Counted from the first letter of the stretch, positions 23,092 to 34,130 are shown. The stretch: DNA of 49,333 nucleotides from Nemertoderma westbladi (GCA_032718475.1 JAUCBJ010002424.1:1-49333), one strand, 5' to 3'. Notes: generated from the sequence alone by a model not told the origin. Program-made: numbers and translations.

Positions 23092-23609
23092 TTGGAGAGA
23101 TATGAGATATTAATTTCAAGAAAAAATACGCGATTCCTAAATTTGTACACTACCCGGTTAAAAAGTGCGCATGTGATGGGATTGGTCCTGCAGTTGCGCC
23201 AATAAAAGATAAGTTATTTTCGGTAAAATAAACTTATCATTCGAGGTTAAGACCCCTAGATCCCTTCCTATAATAAATGTATAAATAATATATGTACATT
23301 ATTCCATTAGGGATCAGGGGGTGGGGTGAGTACCCGACAAGAATGTAGCAGAACATGGGTGAGTTTGGTTCCCCAAACACGTCTTTGTAACCTGCTCCTT
23401 TACTAACCTGGTCCTTTAAAAGGCAATGGGACCGAAGGCTCTTTGAGAGCTAACGCGACTTTACCTCTTTGTTTAGTACAGAGGGTCTTTGGTCTTTACT
23501 TTGTACTCACCCAGCAGATCACTACTATTGATTGTATTATAGTTATTGACTAGCATTGGAAGTCCTGAATTTCTATTCATCAAGTTGAAGTTGTGGTATA
23601 TTACAGTAC

Positions 23610-25005
23610 GCCCCCCTCACACGTAGCAAATAATTGTTTCTGCAATTTGTTTCTCAAACTTGATGCTGGAATCCTCACACGCGGTAAACTTTTTTCTCAA
23701 AAAAATAACAGTTAATTCAAAGTAAATAGTTAACATGTCCACTCACACACGGGAAACTTGTTGCTCAAGAAAATTTGTTCAATCACTTTGTAGCGTTATG
23801 ACACGAGTATATTTATGTACCGAGCGAGCGCAGCGAGGGAGGTTTACATAAATAAACAAGGGTCTTTAACGCTGAAAAGTTATCTTTGCAAACAATGATG
23901 TATGTAATTTTGTTACATTATGTCAACTTAATCAGCGTTCGGTATATGAAGAAAGGATTTTATGGATACTCATTTATACATTTTAATCTGTACTATATCA
24001 ATATAAGTGAAGTTTATTAACAGCTATACAGTATTAATTATCTAATATCTTAATAATCTCCTGCATGGATATGATAAATCAGTAATCCATCTTGATTATA
24101 GTCGACTGAATCTAACTGAGTCACCGTCTGTGTCCGTTAAGTTTTACTGAACACTGTCGCCATTTTCTTTCATTTTCTTTTCTATTGGACATTTCGCCAA
24201 AATGGCGAAATGTAATCCCACACTCCCACCTCCCTGGCTTGCCCCACTCTCCTCGTTCAAGGCGTCCACCCCCATGGCTCGCCTCACTCACCTCGTCCAA
24301 GGCCTCATCCACTCTCACCTCCATGGCTCGCCCCACTCACCTCGTTCAAGCCGTCCCCCACTTCCACCTCCATGGCTCGCCCCATTCACTTCGTTCAAGG
24401 TCTCCTCCACCCCCACTTCCATGGCTCGCCCCACTCACATCGTTCAAGGCGTCCTCCACTCCCACCTCCATGGCTCGCCTCATTCTCCTCGTTCAAGGTC
24501 TCCTCCACTCCCACCTCCACGGCTCGCTCCACTCACCTAGCTAGTCCCGTCACTGCAAACTGGATAATAAAGCAGCACTCATTAACATAAATGGAAATAA
24601 TGCATTTTAGAATACGGTAATTGAAGTTGTTTTCCATGTTATTGATTACTTTGCAGCGTTCCGTCCTGCGAGTAATTCACCAGAACGCTGTTTTAAGTTG
24701 ACATAATGTAACAAAAATAAGTAGTTAACATGTCCTTAATTTATTTGTATTATCAAATTATCTAATATTAGCTACCTGTCCGCGGTAGTACATAAAAATG
24801 TGATGTAATAAAAGTTGTTAAAGATGTTGCAGAGGAATATAGTTGTTTTATAAAAACGTTGCAGCAACTTATTGCTGGATTCCTCACACATAGAAACTGT
24901 TGTAGCGAAATGTTTCTGAGTGTCCAGCAATTGCTGACCCCTCACACGGAACAACTTTTGTTTCAGAAACAAGTTTCAGAAACAAAAGTTGCTCCGTGTA
25001 GTGGT
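23610..25005. mobile_element. Old MITE-like element with imperfect TIRs (PIF/Harbinger-like), containing a nested IR-bounded element
   Basis: The left end cccctcacacgtagcaaataattgtttctgcaatttgtttctcaaac matches the reverse complement of gtttcagaaacaagtttcagaaacaaaagttgctccgtgtagtgg. Subterminal ctcacac motifs recur. Inner IR at 23908-23940 / 24683-24716. Confidence 0.55.
24220..24537. repeat. ~49-bp C-rich tandem repeat, ~6-7 diverged copies
   Basis: Unit cacctccatggctcgccccactcacctcgttcaaggcgtcctccactcc. Confidence 0.88.
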
Positions 25006-25328
25006 TTAAGAGGACCATTAGTCATTGCCCAAAGTTTATTATATTTTATTTATAAAACTACTACTCTGAAATTTTAATGTAAAGCTGCTGAACATTTTGG
25101 TATAAGTTATATGAAAAATAATAAAGTAGTAGAGTATTTAGTGATGAAATATGTCAAAAAATTTAAATAAGAAAAAAGTTAAAACACACTATTTCTATAA
25201 ATCACATAATTAATAAATTAATCTAGGCTGTGATTTTGTTTAATTTTCAAGAGTCGAATCTAATCGAATATTTTCTTTCGATTTTCGATTCGGTTTCGGT
25301 ATTTTTCGATTCGATTCGATTTCTGATG

Positions 25329-25590
25329 TGTTGCCCGTAGCAAAGTTGATGCTTGCTGGTTGCCCGTAGCAACCGATGACGGTGGGAAGTTGTCCGTAAC
25401 CACCTGTTTTCGCAGCTGGGTTGCCTGTAGCAACCGATTACGCTGAATGTTAGCCTGTATCTGGATGGTTGCCAGTAGCAACCGACGTCACTGGAGGGTT
25501 TCCATTAGCAACCAATGATGCTGTTCGGTTGCTCATAGCAAGCGTTGACGCTGGCGGGTTGCCCGTAGTAAATGATGACGCTGTAGGTTT
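25329..25590. repeat. Degenerate 30-bp-period repeat (ggttgcccgtagcaaccgatgac...)
   Basis: ttgcc(c/t/a)gtagcaa recurs at ~30-bp intervals. The minus-strand translation gives 10-aa ATGNxxASxx-like repeats. Confidence 0.6.
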
Positions 25591-26729
25591 ATCCGTCGCA
25601 ATTGCATTTTTGCAGACTGAAGTTATAGACGTCAGTATATCAGAACGAATATCCATTACCTTATATTCGAAGAAACTTAAAAACACATCAGCCAGCCATC
25701 GACTTATCGTCATTATGCGTCGGCAGATTGCTTTTATTATTAACGGCGAATAAAATCGAGACTAGAAACGCAAACATTGAATTTTATTTTATTTTCCACT
25801 ACCAAATCGCGCAGGGCGACATATTTTCCAACTTTATATTTTAATTTAAAATTTTTACTATCAAAGACAAAATGTACAAATATTAATATACCACACGTCT
25901 GATGCTATATCTAATACTTGATAATGTGATTTAAAAGTATTTATGTCCGAAACTCCTTAAGCAATAAAAGTATTTATGTCCACAACTCCTTAAGCAATAA
26001 AAGTTTCCGTCGTGTGAGAAATCTGGCAACATATTTCTGAAAGAAGTCGCGCATCAAAAATTGCACTAATATTCTATATATTAATATAAATACTATGTTA
26101 TAGAATTCCTTTGGTTGCACTTGTGAGGCTGACCCTAAAAGTTGGTCACTGCCCCAAAGTATAGCATCCTAACAAGTGTTCTTTCTTATATTTGACAGCA
26201 TCAGACAGACACAGACATACAGACAGACAAACATGATTCTGACAAACATGAAAACTGACATCGGAAATGAAATCACCGACATGGAAAACCCCCAAAGTGA
26301 AACTTTTATCTAATTATTCTGCTTTTTTATAATTGAGAAACAACAGACAGACAGACATACTTGATTTAGACAAACCCGAAAACTGGCATCGGAAATTAAA
26401 TTACCGACTTGGAAAACTTTTGATACTTTTAGTAAACTATTGTGCTTTTGTTATATTCTACAACCTAAAATTAGAAAAGACGGACAAACTGACAGTCAGG
26501 CACCAAGAATGTAAAGGAGAAACAGCACTGATATAAAATACCGCATGGAATATTCAATGTACATTAAATCGAGGTCCTGTAACTAATTTAGGTAGAATAT
26601 TGTTTAGTTGTTTCCACAGATGTATATAATGCATTCGACTTGTTGCTATGAAATTATATTGTATTATTTCTATTTTTGCATATTTTAGGATATATTCATG
26701 AAACAGACAACTGAGAGTTGATTTGGAAA

Positions 26730-29700
26730 ATGGACCACATAGCACGTCATAATCCTCCCCCGATTCCTCCACGTAAAATTACATTAAAAACCGATGTTTC
26801 CACTATGAGTACAAAGGATGTGGTTACAACTCCTGAGGAATCCGAAGGAGAAAAATCCTATATTAGTGTATGGAACACAACTAGTAAACCGTTACTTCCT
26901 AAACGTCGTCTAAGAAGTCCAAATGCCCAGGCCAGTAGTCCTCCCAGCCATTCACGCAATAGGATTAATAGCTTTGGTATCAGCCCTCAACAATTACCAG
27001 ACAGCCTTGATTTTAGTGGTTATCATGTTATTTCGGTAAAATCAAAATCTGAAGAAGAATTTGCTCGGAATCAAAATAGTGAACCAGATACTTCTTATTT
27101 ATCCAGTAAAGCTGAAGGCTATCACCGTATTGTTCCAGGTGAACAAAAGTCTCCCCCCTATGATAATGTATTTCAAGACAATCTTGATCAGAGCCAATGT
27201 GATGTCCATCAACGTTTTCAACATAGAAGTTGCAGCGAAGACGTTCCTACTAACAGAAGATACTCAACTTTCAAACCTGAACCCAAACCTCGATTATCTG
27301 AAGGAACAATTTCAGATGATTTTAATTCTCTTCAAAATCAACCAGAATTATCATGGTCATTAGAGGCAAATCCTCCATCAATACAGCAAGGAAACAATGA
27401 TGCTAAGGCTGAATATAATGATGATATTATTGATTCTGGTGAATTTAGTGACTCTGGATTTAAACAAAGTCAGTTTTCCCCACCACGTTGGAGCTGTTCC
27501 ACTCCTGACTTGTTGGATGTAGAGGATATGACTACAACAAACTTGAATCGTGACATTTCTAAATCAATTGAGTACCTTTCTCCAGATGAATTAGATTTTA
27601 CTGGAATCAGCATGAGTGACATCCGGCCTCCATTGCCAAAGCGAAAAGAGCCTGCAATGGAAATTAACATTCCTTTTTCATTCAAATCAGCATTAAAAAG
27701 GTCTGATTTGCGACAATCATTGCGTAAAACTCGCTTGTCTGATATGTATTCAAAAGTACAGAAACCATTCAAATTACCACCAAAGTCAAGGGAGATATTT
27801 AAACCATGGGTTAATATATATCAGCCACAGTTTGTTGCTGATACTGCAGCAAAGTCTGGCTTCTGTCAACTCTTGGAACACCAGAAACTCAACACAAACT
27901 CATCAGAAATAGACTCCAGTGATTTAGGGTCTTTATCTGTATCCTATGAAAAACCTCTCGAAATTTCCCAATCAAGTAGTACATATGACCTACTTCAGGA
28001 TTGCGTTACGGGTTTACCAGAAATAAAAGAGGACGAAGTTGCACATCATACACCTGCTATTTCATATCCGAAGGAGAGACCAGATTCCATTTCTTATGAT
28101 CTGAATACCTCTACTACAGAACATTCTATCATTCGGACTATATCAATGTTGCCACAATCCCAACGTCTTGGTAAAAAATCTGGATTGTTATTTATCTTAG
28201 ACAATAAATCTTGGCAGAAGAGATGGGTTACTGTTGATGATAATGAATTGGGTATTTATAACTCAAATGACTACAAGCATATCATAAAGGTGATCCCTGT
28301 CACAGCTATCAGCTTAGTTCGCAATGAGGTTAAGATTACTGATTCAGCTAGACCTAACAGAATATACTTAGAACTTGTTGATGGGAGAGTAATTTCTATG
28401 GCAGCAACAGATAACTTTGAAATGTCTGTCTGGTCTAACATAATTATGAGACATGTGGTTGCAAAAATGAAGTTGCAATCCCCTATCTACAGGTTGGGTG
28501 GATCTATGAGTGACCCTGATAAACAAGGCCATGTTAGAGTGGATGACAAGAAAAGGTATGCAGTGATAAAGGGTTATAGGATGAATTTTTATGAAAATGA
28601 TAATGACTACTTCTTGGCATGCGTATCCATGGACATCAATTTCAAATCTATAATTTATACAGTGAAGCAACTGTCACCAACCAAATTACAATGCATTTGC
28701 CATTCAGGGAGCTTCATTATAACAGGGGAAGATGAATCAGATACTGATAGTTGGAAGTCTGCTATAGAAGAATCTATTTATTGTGGTCTTTCTGATGATT
28801 CATACTTAAAGGCAGTTCAAGAAAATGTGACCAACACATATTGTGCAGATTGTAGGAATAACAAAGCAGTTTGGGCATCTGTTAATATATGTGTTACCCT
28901 CTGTGATCACTGTGCCGGCCTTCATAGAAAATTTAGCATTTCTAAAATTCATTCTCTGAGAATGGATAAAAAGATTTGGCAGCCGAATGTGATAGCATTA
29001 TTTAAACATTGTGGTAATGGGTTTCTAAATGAAATATGGGAGGTTAATGTACCAGATAGTGCAGTAATTTCACCAGACTGCAGTGATGAACAACGACATG
29101 ACTTTGTACATCAAAAGTATACTTTGAGGCAATTTATGGACATTCCAGAACAGTACTCTGATAATGAGTATCTAAATTTCATGTTAAATGATAGCGTTAA
29201 AAACGATAAAGATCTTAAAAAAACAATGCAGTTTGTATTTTGTGGTGCAGACATTCTTGCTGTAGATAATGATGGCTTGACTCCTTTAGATGTTGCGAGA
29301 AAGTATGGACAGACTCTCACTGAAACATTTCTTTCACTGAATGGTGGTGCTGGAAATGGCTCTAAATTTATATCCATCAACTGCCTCTTAGAAAGCTTAG
29401 AAGAATGGAATAACTCAGTAAGATTACATGCTGAAGGAGTTGTTTACCTAAAAGAAGGACGGCATATAAATAAAAGGTGGGCAATTTTAAAGCACAATTT
29501 ATTTGAAATGTTTAATGAAAAGGGGGCACCAAATTCAGCTATACGCCTTTGTTTAGTTATGAGGGATCATCAAAGAGACTGCGAAGGAGAGTGTGTGGCT
29601 ATCATTTCTGGTTCATCCAATGATCACAACCCACCATCCTATCTTCTCGATAAGTATTCCATCGAGATGTTGAACAAAAATGGGAAGTCATTGATATTTA

Positions 29701-31562
29701 TTGTTGAAGATGCTCAGGAGAATTTTAATTGGATGGAAAATTTGAGTAAATCCGCCACTTCTCCCAGATCATGGGGGAAAGAGGATGACATGGTATTGGC
29801 AAAACCTATTATCCATGCTGGTTTCTTACAGTGGAAAATTATCAACAGCCCTCACTGGCGCAAAGATTGGTTTATATTAAGAGGAAAATCATTGTTCTAT
29901 TTTGATACTGATAAAAAAGCTTATGAAGAAATTGATCTTAGAAAAGTCACTGGAACCTCCCCACGAAATAGATCGGAAATTATTAGCGATGGTACCCATT
30001 TTACGATGATGCAATATAACAAGGTATTCGAAATGAAGGGAATGTGTGCACGAGACACTTGTGCGTGGTTTGATAGCATAGTAATTGCCTCCACAGTCCA
30101 GGGTAGTGTCTTCCATGAACAACAACTTACCATGGCCGATATTCCAGTTTATATTGATGTTTGCATTAACCATATATGCATGAATGGTATTCAAAGTGAA
30201 GGTATATATAGGCAGGCTGGTGTTAAGTCCAAAATAAACAGGCTGAAAGAGCAATTGTTAGGTGATGCCAGACGTGTTGCCATAGACCAATCGGAATACA
30301 TGATCAACGATGTTTGTGGAGCTTTAAAACAATACTTCAGAGAGCTACCTGAGGCTGTAACAACTAATGCATTATATGAACAGTGGCTGGTTGTTGCAGG
30401 TTACAGTGATGACTATATGGAAGATAAAATGGGTTGGTATCACTACCTAATGAATGAGTTGCAACTGGCTAAACCATTAAACTACAATGTTTTACGTTTT
30501 CTAATTGGTCATTTAAAAGATGTGGCCCGTTTTAAATTGCAAAACAAAATGGCTATTTACAATTTAGCTACTGTTTTTGCTCCTTCTCTAATTTTTCACA
30601 GTGATGACTCAAACACTCACACTAGTACGGGGGATAAGTTATCATCGCCAGATTTAGCAGGAACTGAAATGAAAATACGTTGCATAGAATTTTTAATCAC
30701 TCATTATAAAGAGGTTTTCAAAGTCTCTGATGAAGATATCAAGAAGGAGAATGATCTTTTAGATGCGATGATACGAATGAGCACCGCATGGTTACCACAG
30801 TTCAATTCACGTGAGGAATCATTGTTTCAAGTAGAGATTCTCCTATTTGCTATCAATGGGAAGCAAACCAGCGTTCACATCAACAGTAGATCTACAGCAA
30901 ACGAAGTTCTTAAAATTATTGCGAAGCGAGAGAAATTAAACTTTGATGATATTTGTCTCCATGAAAACTTGAATGGCGGGGATATATCTCGACCTTTGAC
31001 CAACTCAGAGAATGTTCTCAATGTGCTCACGGAATGGAGATTTCTTCCCACCTCTAATAACTTTCTTATTGTCAAAGGAAACGATATTTTTGCCACCATA
31101 AATGCAAAGTTTAAGGGGGTATATGGTATAGATACAACAATGCAATATTGTGGGAGTAAGGATGCCAAAAAGTTTGTACTAGTCCACACGTGTATTGAAG
31201 ACGAGTTAATTAAATGTTATCGATTCAAAGATTTCAGTAAACCTCCACTAGCAACATGGCCCTTGGACTCAGTACTGGTATATATTTACTCGGTGGCAGA
31301 GAAACGCATGAAACTCCCAAAAGGCTACAAACATTGCATAGCTTTGCACACAATTAACAATGACAACTTCAGTTTATTGGCATCGAAGACAGATGAAGAC
31401 CCGTTTATCTTAATGGCAGCGATTCATAACACCAAAGCCTATGGAATGAATGCGCCTTTCACAACTCCTGCGGCATCCACCCATCCGATCTCCATAGGTA
31501 GAATATCGGAAAGTGACGACAGTCAGATGGGTGACGCACAACTCAACCAATCATCGTTGTGA
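26730..31562 (+). CDS. ARAP: Arf-GAP with Rho-GAP, ankyrin repeat and PH domains (ARAP / centaurin-delta family; RhoGAP15B-like), 1610 aa
   Basis: Domains in order: PH (KKSGLL..SWQKRWV), second PH, ArfGAP zinc finger CADC-x16-CDHCAGLHR, ankyrin (GADILAVDNDGLTPLDVA), two more PH domains, RhoGAP (EGIYRQAG, ALKQYFRELP, NKMAIYNLATVFAPSL), RA-like domain. The first ATG after the in-frame TGA (26712-26714) is at 26730; the track start at 26718 is TTG. Confidence 0.95.
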   Translation: MDHIARHNPPPIPPRKITLKTDVSTMSTKDVVTTPEESEGEKSYISVWNTTSKPLLPKRRLRSPNAQASSPPSHSRNRINSFGISPQQLPDSLDFSGYHVISVKSKSEEEFARNQNSEPDTSYLSSKAEGYHRIVPGEQKSPPYDNVFQDNLDQSQCDVHQRFQHRSCSEDVPTNRRYSTFKPEPKPRLSEGTISDDFNSLQNQPELSWSLEANPPSIQQGNNDAKAEYNDDIIDSGEFSDSGFKQSQFSPPRWSCSTPDLLDVEDMTTTNLNRDISKSIEYLSPDELDFTGISMSDIRPPLPKRKEPAMEINIPFSFKSALKRSDLRQSLRKTRLSDMYSKVQKPFKLPPKSREIFKPWVNIYQPQFVADTAAKSGFCQLLEHQKLNTNSSEIDSSDLGSLSVSYEKPLEISQSSSTYDLLQDCVTGLPEIKEDEVAHHTPAISYPKERPDSISYDLNTSTTEHSIIRTISMLPQSQRLGKKSGLLFILDNKSWQKRWVTVDDNELGIYNSNDYKHIIKVIPVTAISLVRNEVKITDSARPNRIYLELVDGRVISMAATDNFEMSVWSNIIMRHVVAKMKLQSPIYRLGGSMSDPDKQGHVRVDDKKRYAVIKGYRMNFYENDNDYFLACVSMDINFKSIIYTVKQLSPTKLQCICHSGSFIITGEDESDTDSWKSAIEESIYCGLSDDSYLKAVQENVTNTYCADCRNNKAVWASVNICVTLCDHCAGLHRKFSISKIHSLRMDKKIWQPNVIALFKHCGNGFLNEIWEVNVPDSAVISPDCSDEQRHDFVHQKYTLRQFMDIPEQYSDNEYLNFMLNDSVKNDKDLKKTMQFVFCGADILAVDNDGLTPLDVARKYGQTLTETFLSLNGGAGNGSKFISINCLLESLEEWNNSVRLHAEGVVYLKEGRHINKRWAILKHNLFEMFNEKGAPNSAIRLCLVMRDHQRDCEGECVAIISGSSNDHNPPSYLLDKYSIEMLNKNGKSLIFIVEDAQENFNWMENLSKSATSPRSWGKEDDMVLAKPIIHAGFLQWKIINSPHWRKDWFILRGKSLFYFDTDKKAYEEIDLRKVTGTSPRNRSEIISDGTHFTMMQYNKVFEMKGMCARDTCAWFDSIVIASTVQGSVFHEQQLTMADIPVYIDVCINHICMNGIQSEGIYRQAGVKSKINRLKEQLLGDARRVAIDQSEYMINDVCGALKQYFRELPEAVTTNALYEQWLVVAGYSDDYMEDKMGWYHYLMNELQLAKPLNYNVLRFLIGHLKDVARFKLQNKMAIYNLATVFAPSLIFHSDDSNTHTSTGDKLSSPDLAGTEMKIRCIEFLITHYKEVFKVSDEDIKKENDLLDAMIRMSTAWLPQFNSREESLFQVEILLFAINGKQTSVHINSRSTANEVLKIIAKREKLNFDDICLHENLNGGDISRPLTNSENVLNVLTEWRFLPTSNNFLIVKGNDIFATINAKFKGVYGIDTTMQYCGSKDAKKFVLVHTCIEDELIKCYRFKDFSKPPLATWPLDSVLVYIYSVAEKRMKLPKGYKHCIALHTINNDNFSLLASKTDEDPFILMAAIHNTKAYGMNAPFTTPAASTHPISIGRISESDDSQMGDAQLNQSSL

Positions 31563-32217
31563 ACCTACCTCGGCATTGATAGATTTAATAAATTTCCCAC
31601 GAATTCCAACCATATGAAGCCTAAGTTAAGTTTATTCTGAAATGGTTGCATATTGGTTTTGTATCCAGAATTTATCAACTCCGTCTTCGTTGGCTAAACG
31701 CAATTTTTAACACATTATCATCTTTAATGGAACCTTTGCAAATTATCAATTTAATCTCAGTGATAATTTAAAATTAAATACCTTTAAGGGCGGTGATATT
31801 ATATATATTACAAGTATCAATGTAATTAGTTATATTTTACTGTAGAATATTTTACTCTTACAAATTTACGAATTACAAGATTGCTCTTTTTCGATAAATT
31901 CGACCTTACAAGTTGATAGTGGGATATAAACATATTTCTCGGTATACTAGGTGAACTGAATTGAACTGCAGTGAATGTTGTTGTCGTGAAAGAGACCATC
32001 ACTAATTAGTCGAAAAAACGAGATAATTAGTCATGGGACTCCGAGAGGTTGTTGGCGACGACGGAGTAGTTTCTGTGATTTCGAGTGATGTAATGGAATT
32101 ATTTTCACATGTAAATAAAATTGTTTATTTTCCCTTATATGCAGAAGCGGAAAATAAACTTTGTAATCAATTATTCTTATACTGAGCTGATGATTATTTA
32201 TTTAAACTAATTATTTC

Positions 32218-33156
32218 CAGCATACGAAACTAAAAAGAGTGTCCAAAATTAGAAGACCACCAGCATACGAAACTAAAATTAGTGTCCAAATTAGAAGACC
32301 ACCAGCATACGAAACTAGAATTAGTGTCCAAAATTAGAAGACCACCAGCATACGAAACTAGACTTAGTGTCCAAAATTAGAAGACCACCAGCATACGAAA
32401 TTAAATTTACGGTCCAAAATTAGAAGACCACAAGCATACGAAACTGAGAGCCGTATACAAAATTAGAAAACCACCAGCATACGAAACTAAATTCGAAATT
32501 CGAAGTATCCAAAATTAGAAGACCACAAGCATACGAAACTAAATTTACTGTCCAAAATTAGAAGACCACAAGCATACGAAACTAAAATTAGTGTCCAAAA
32601 TTAGAAGACCACCAGCATACGAAGCTAAAACCAGTGTCCAAAATTAGAAGACCACCAGCATAAGAAACTAAATTTAGTGTCCAAAATTAGAAGACCACCA
32701 GCATACGAAACTAAAAACCGTATTCAAAATTAGAAAAGCAGCATACGAAACTAAATTTACTGTCCAAAATTAGAAGACCACCAGCATACGAAACTAAAGT
32801 TACTGTCCAAAATTAGAAGACCACAAGCATACGAAACTAAATTTACTGTCCAAAATTAGAAAACTACCAGCAGACGAAACTAAAAACCGTATTCAAAATT
32901 AGAAAAGCAGTATACGAAACTAAATTTACTGTCCAAAATTAGAAGACCACCAGCATACGAAACTAAATTTACTGTCCAAAATTAGAAGACCACCAGCATA
33001 CGAAACTAAATTTACTATCCAAAATTAGAAAACCACCAGCATACGAAACTAAATATCCTGTCCAAAATTAGAAAACCATCAGCATACGAAACTAAATTTA
33101 CTGTCCAAAATTAGAAGACCACCAGCATACGAAACTAAAGTCAGCGTCCAAAATTA
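32218..33156. repeat. 43-bp minisatellite, ~22 copies, with a hypervariable ~10-bp window
   Basis: cagcatacgaaact-[variable]-tccaaaattagaagaccac. Confidence 0.95.
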
Positions 33157-33979
33157 ACACATCAGGGAAAGGATCAGAATAAACTATAACAATGCGATGT
33201 GTAACAAATGGTGATTTGGCTAATTTTATTTATACTGTATTTTCGAATAAAATTACATATATCAAATCAGTGTACACTCGATAATATTCTAATTTCTATT
33301 ATATTTCACTAAAACTATTATATTTCACTAAAGTTAACTTTTATTCCAGTAAAAGTCATTAAGATTTGTAGAACTCGATGAGGGGGGGGGGGGGGGGGGG
33401 GGTGGTATAATAAGGGGAATCAGCGGATGTCGTCTGCTCTAATATCTTCTCTATTCTAAAGCAATAAACTATATTCAAGAACACAGGTTACAATACCTTG
33501 CAGCCTATTAGCCGAAAGCTATTTCAAGTAAAGCATCAGTATATCTATTTATTAAACAGTAAAACAGTTAATAAAGTATGCTTTATTAAACAGTTAATAA
33601 AGTATGCTGTATTAACCGCCCGTCCCGGGATATCTAATTTACTGAGCATGCACAGTTTGCTGGGAACGGGAAGTTAATTTATTTATTTTCTGTAAAATAT
33701 TACATTAAATGTAATATTTTTTAATATTTGTAATATTTTATTTTTCTCGATAAAGTGTAGTGTCATTGTTATATAACGCACCACGAGATCATTTCACACG
33801 TGGCGAATATCAATAGAAAGCGGAGAGTCTGCGCATCTTTTGACTCTACAATTAATTAAATTCATGGTGATAAACATTGTTAAAATTAATCAATTCACAA
33901 TTATATACTGACCTGACCGGTATGCAAGTAGTAGGCCTACTGAACCACTAAGCCCTATCCACCTATTCCATTTCTGAAT

Positions 33980-34130
33980 CAGAGTATTGAGGATTGCTGT
34001 ATTGCAGCTTGAGTTCATTAAGTTAAAATGTGTACAGGTCAGCAGTAGTGTATGAGTGGTACAGCGGTTTGTTTACTCAACTTAATGAACTTAAGTAACA
34101 GTACACCAATAGGCCTACTCCGATACTGCA
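33980..34130. repeat. Short imperfect inverted repeat
   Basis: ttgagttcattaagtt versus aacttaatgaacttaa, with partly complementary outer flanks. Confidence 0.55.

Larger units (their letters stand above)
22988..23284 (+). mobile_element. tRNA-derived SINE / retrozyme-like element: Pol III head + hammerhead ribozyme + ~190-bp body
   Basis: A box TGGCCTAGTGG (22993-23003), B box GGTTCGAATCC (23035-23045), hammerhead at 23049-23091, body duplicated upstream. Confidence 0.72.

Noticed and set aside
26140-26500. (GACA)n-containing DINE/HINE-like element with a duplicated catcggaaat...accgac block
   Set aside because: Termini and hairpin could not be defined from this window.
32218-33156. CRISPR array
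   Set aside because: The variable parts are only ~10 bp, mutually related and recurring. There are no cas genes and the context is eukaryotic. The 37-bp and 46/48-bp arrays have no spacers at all.
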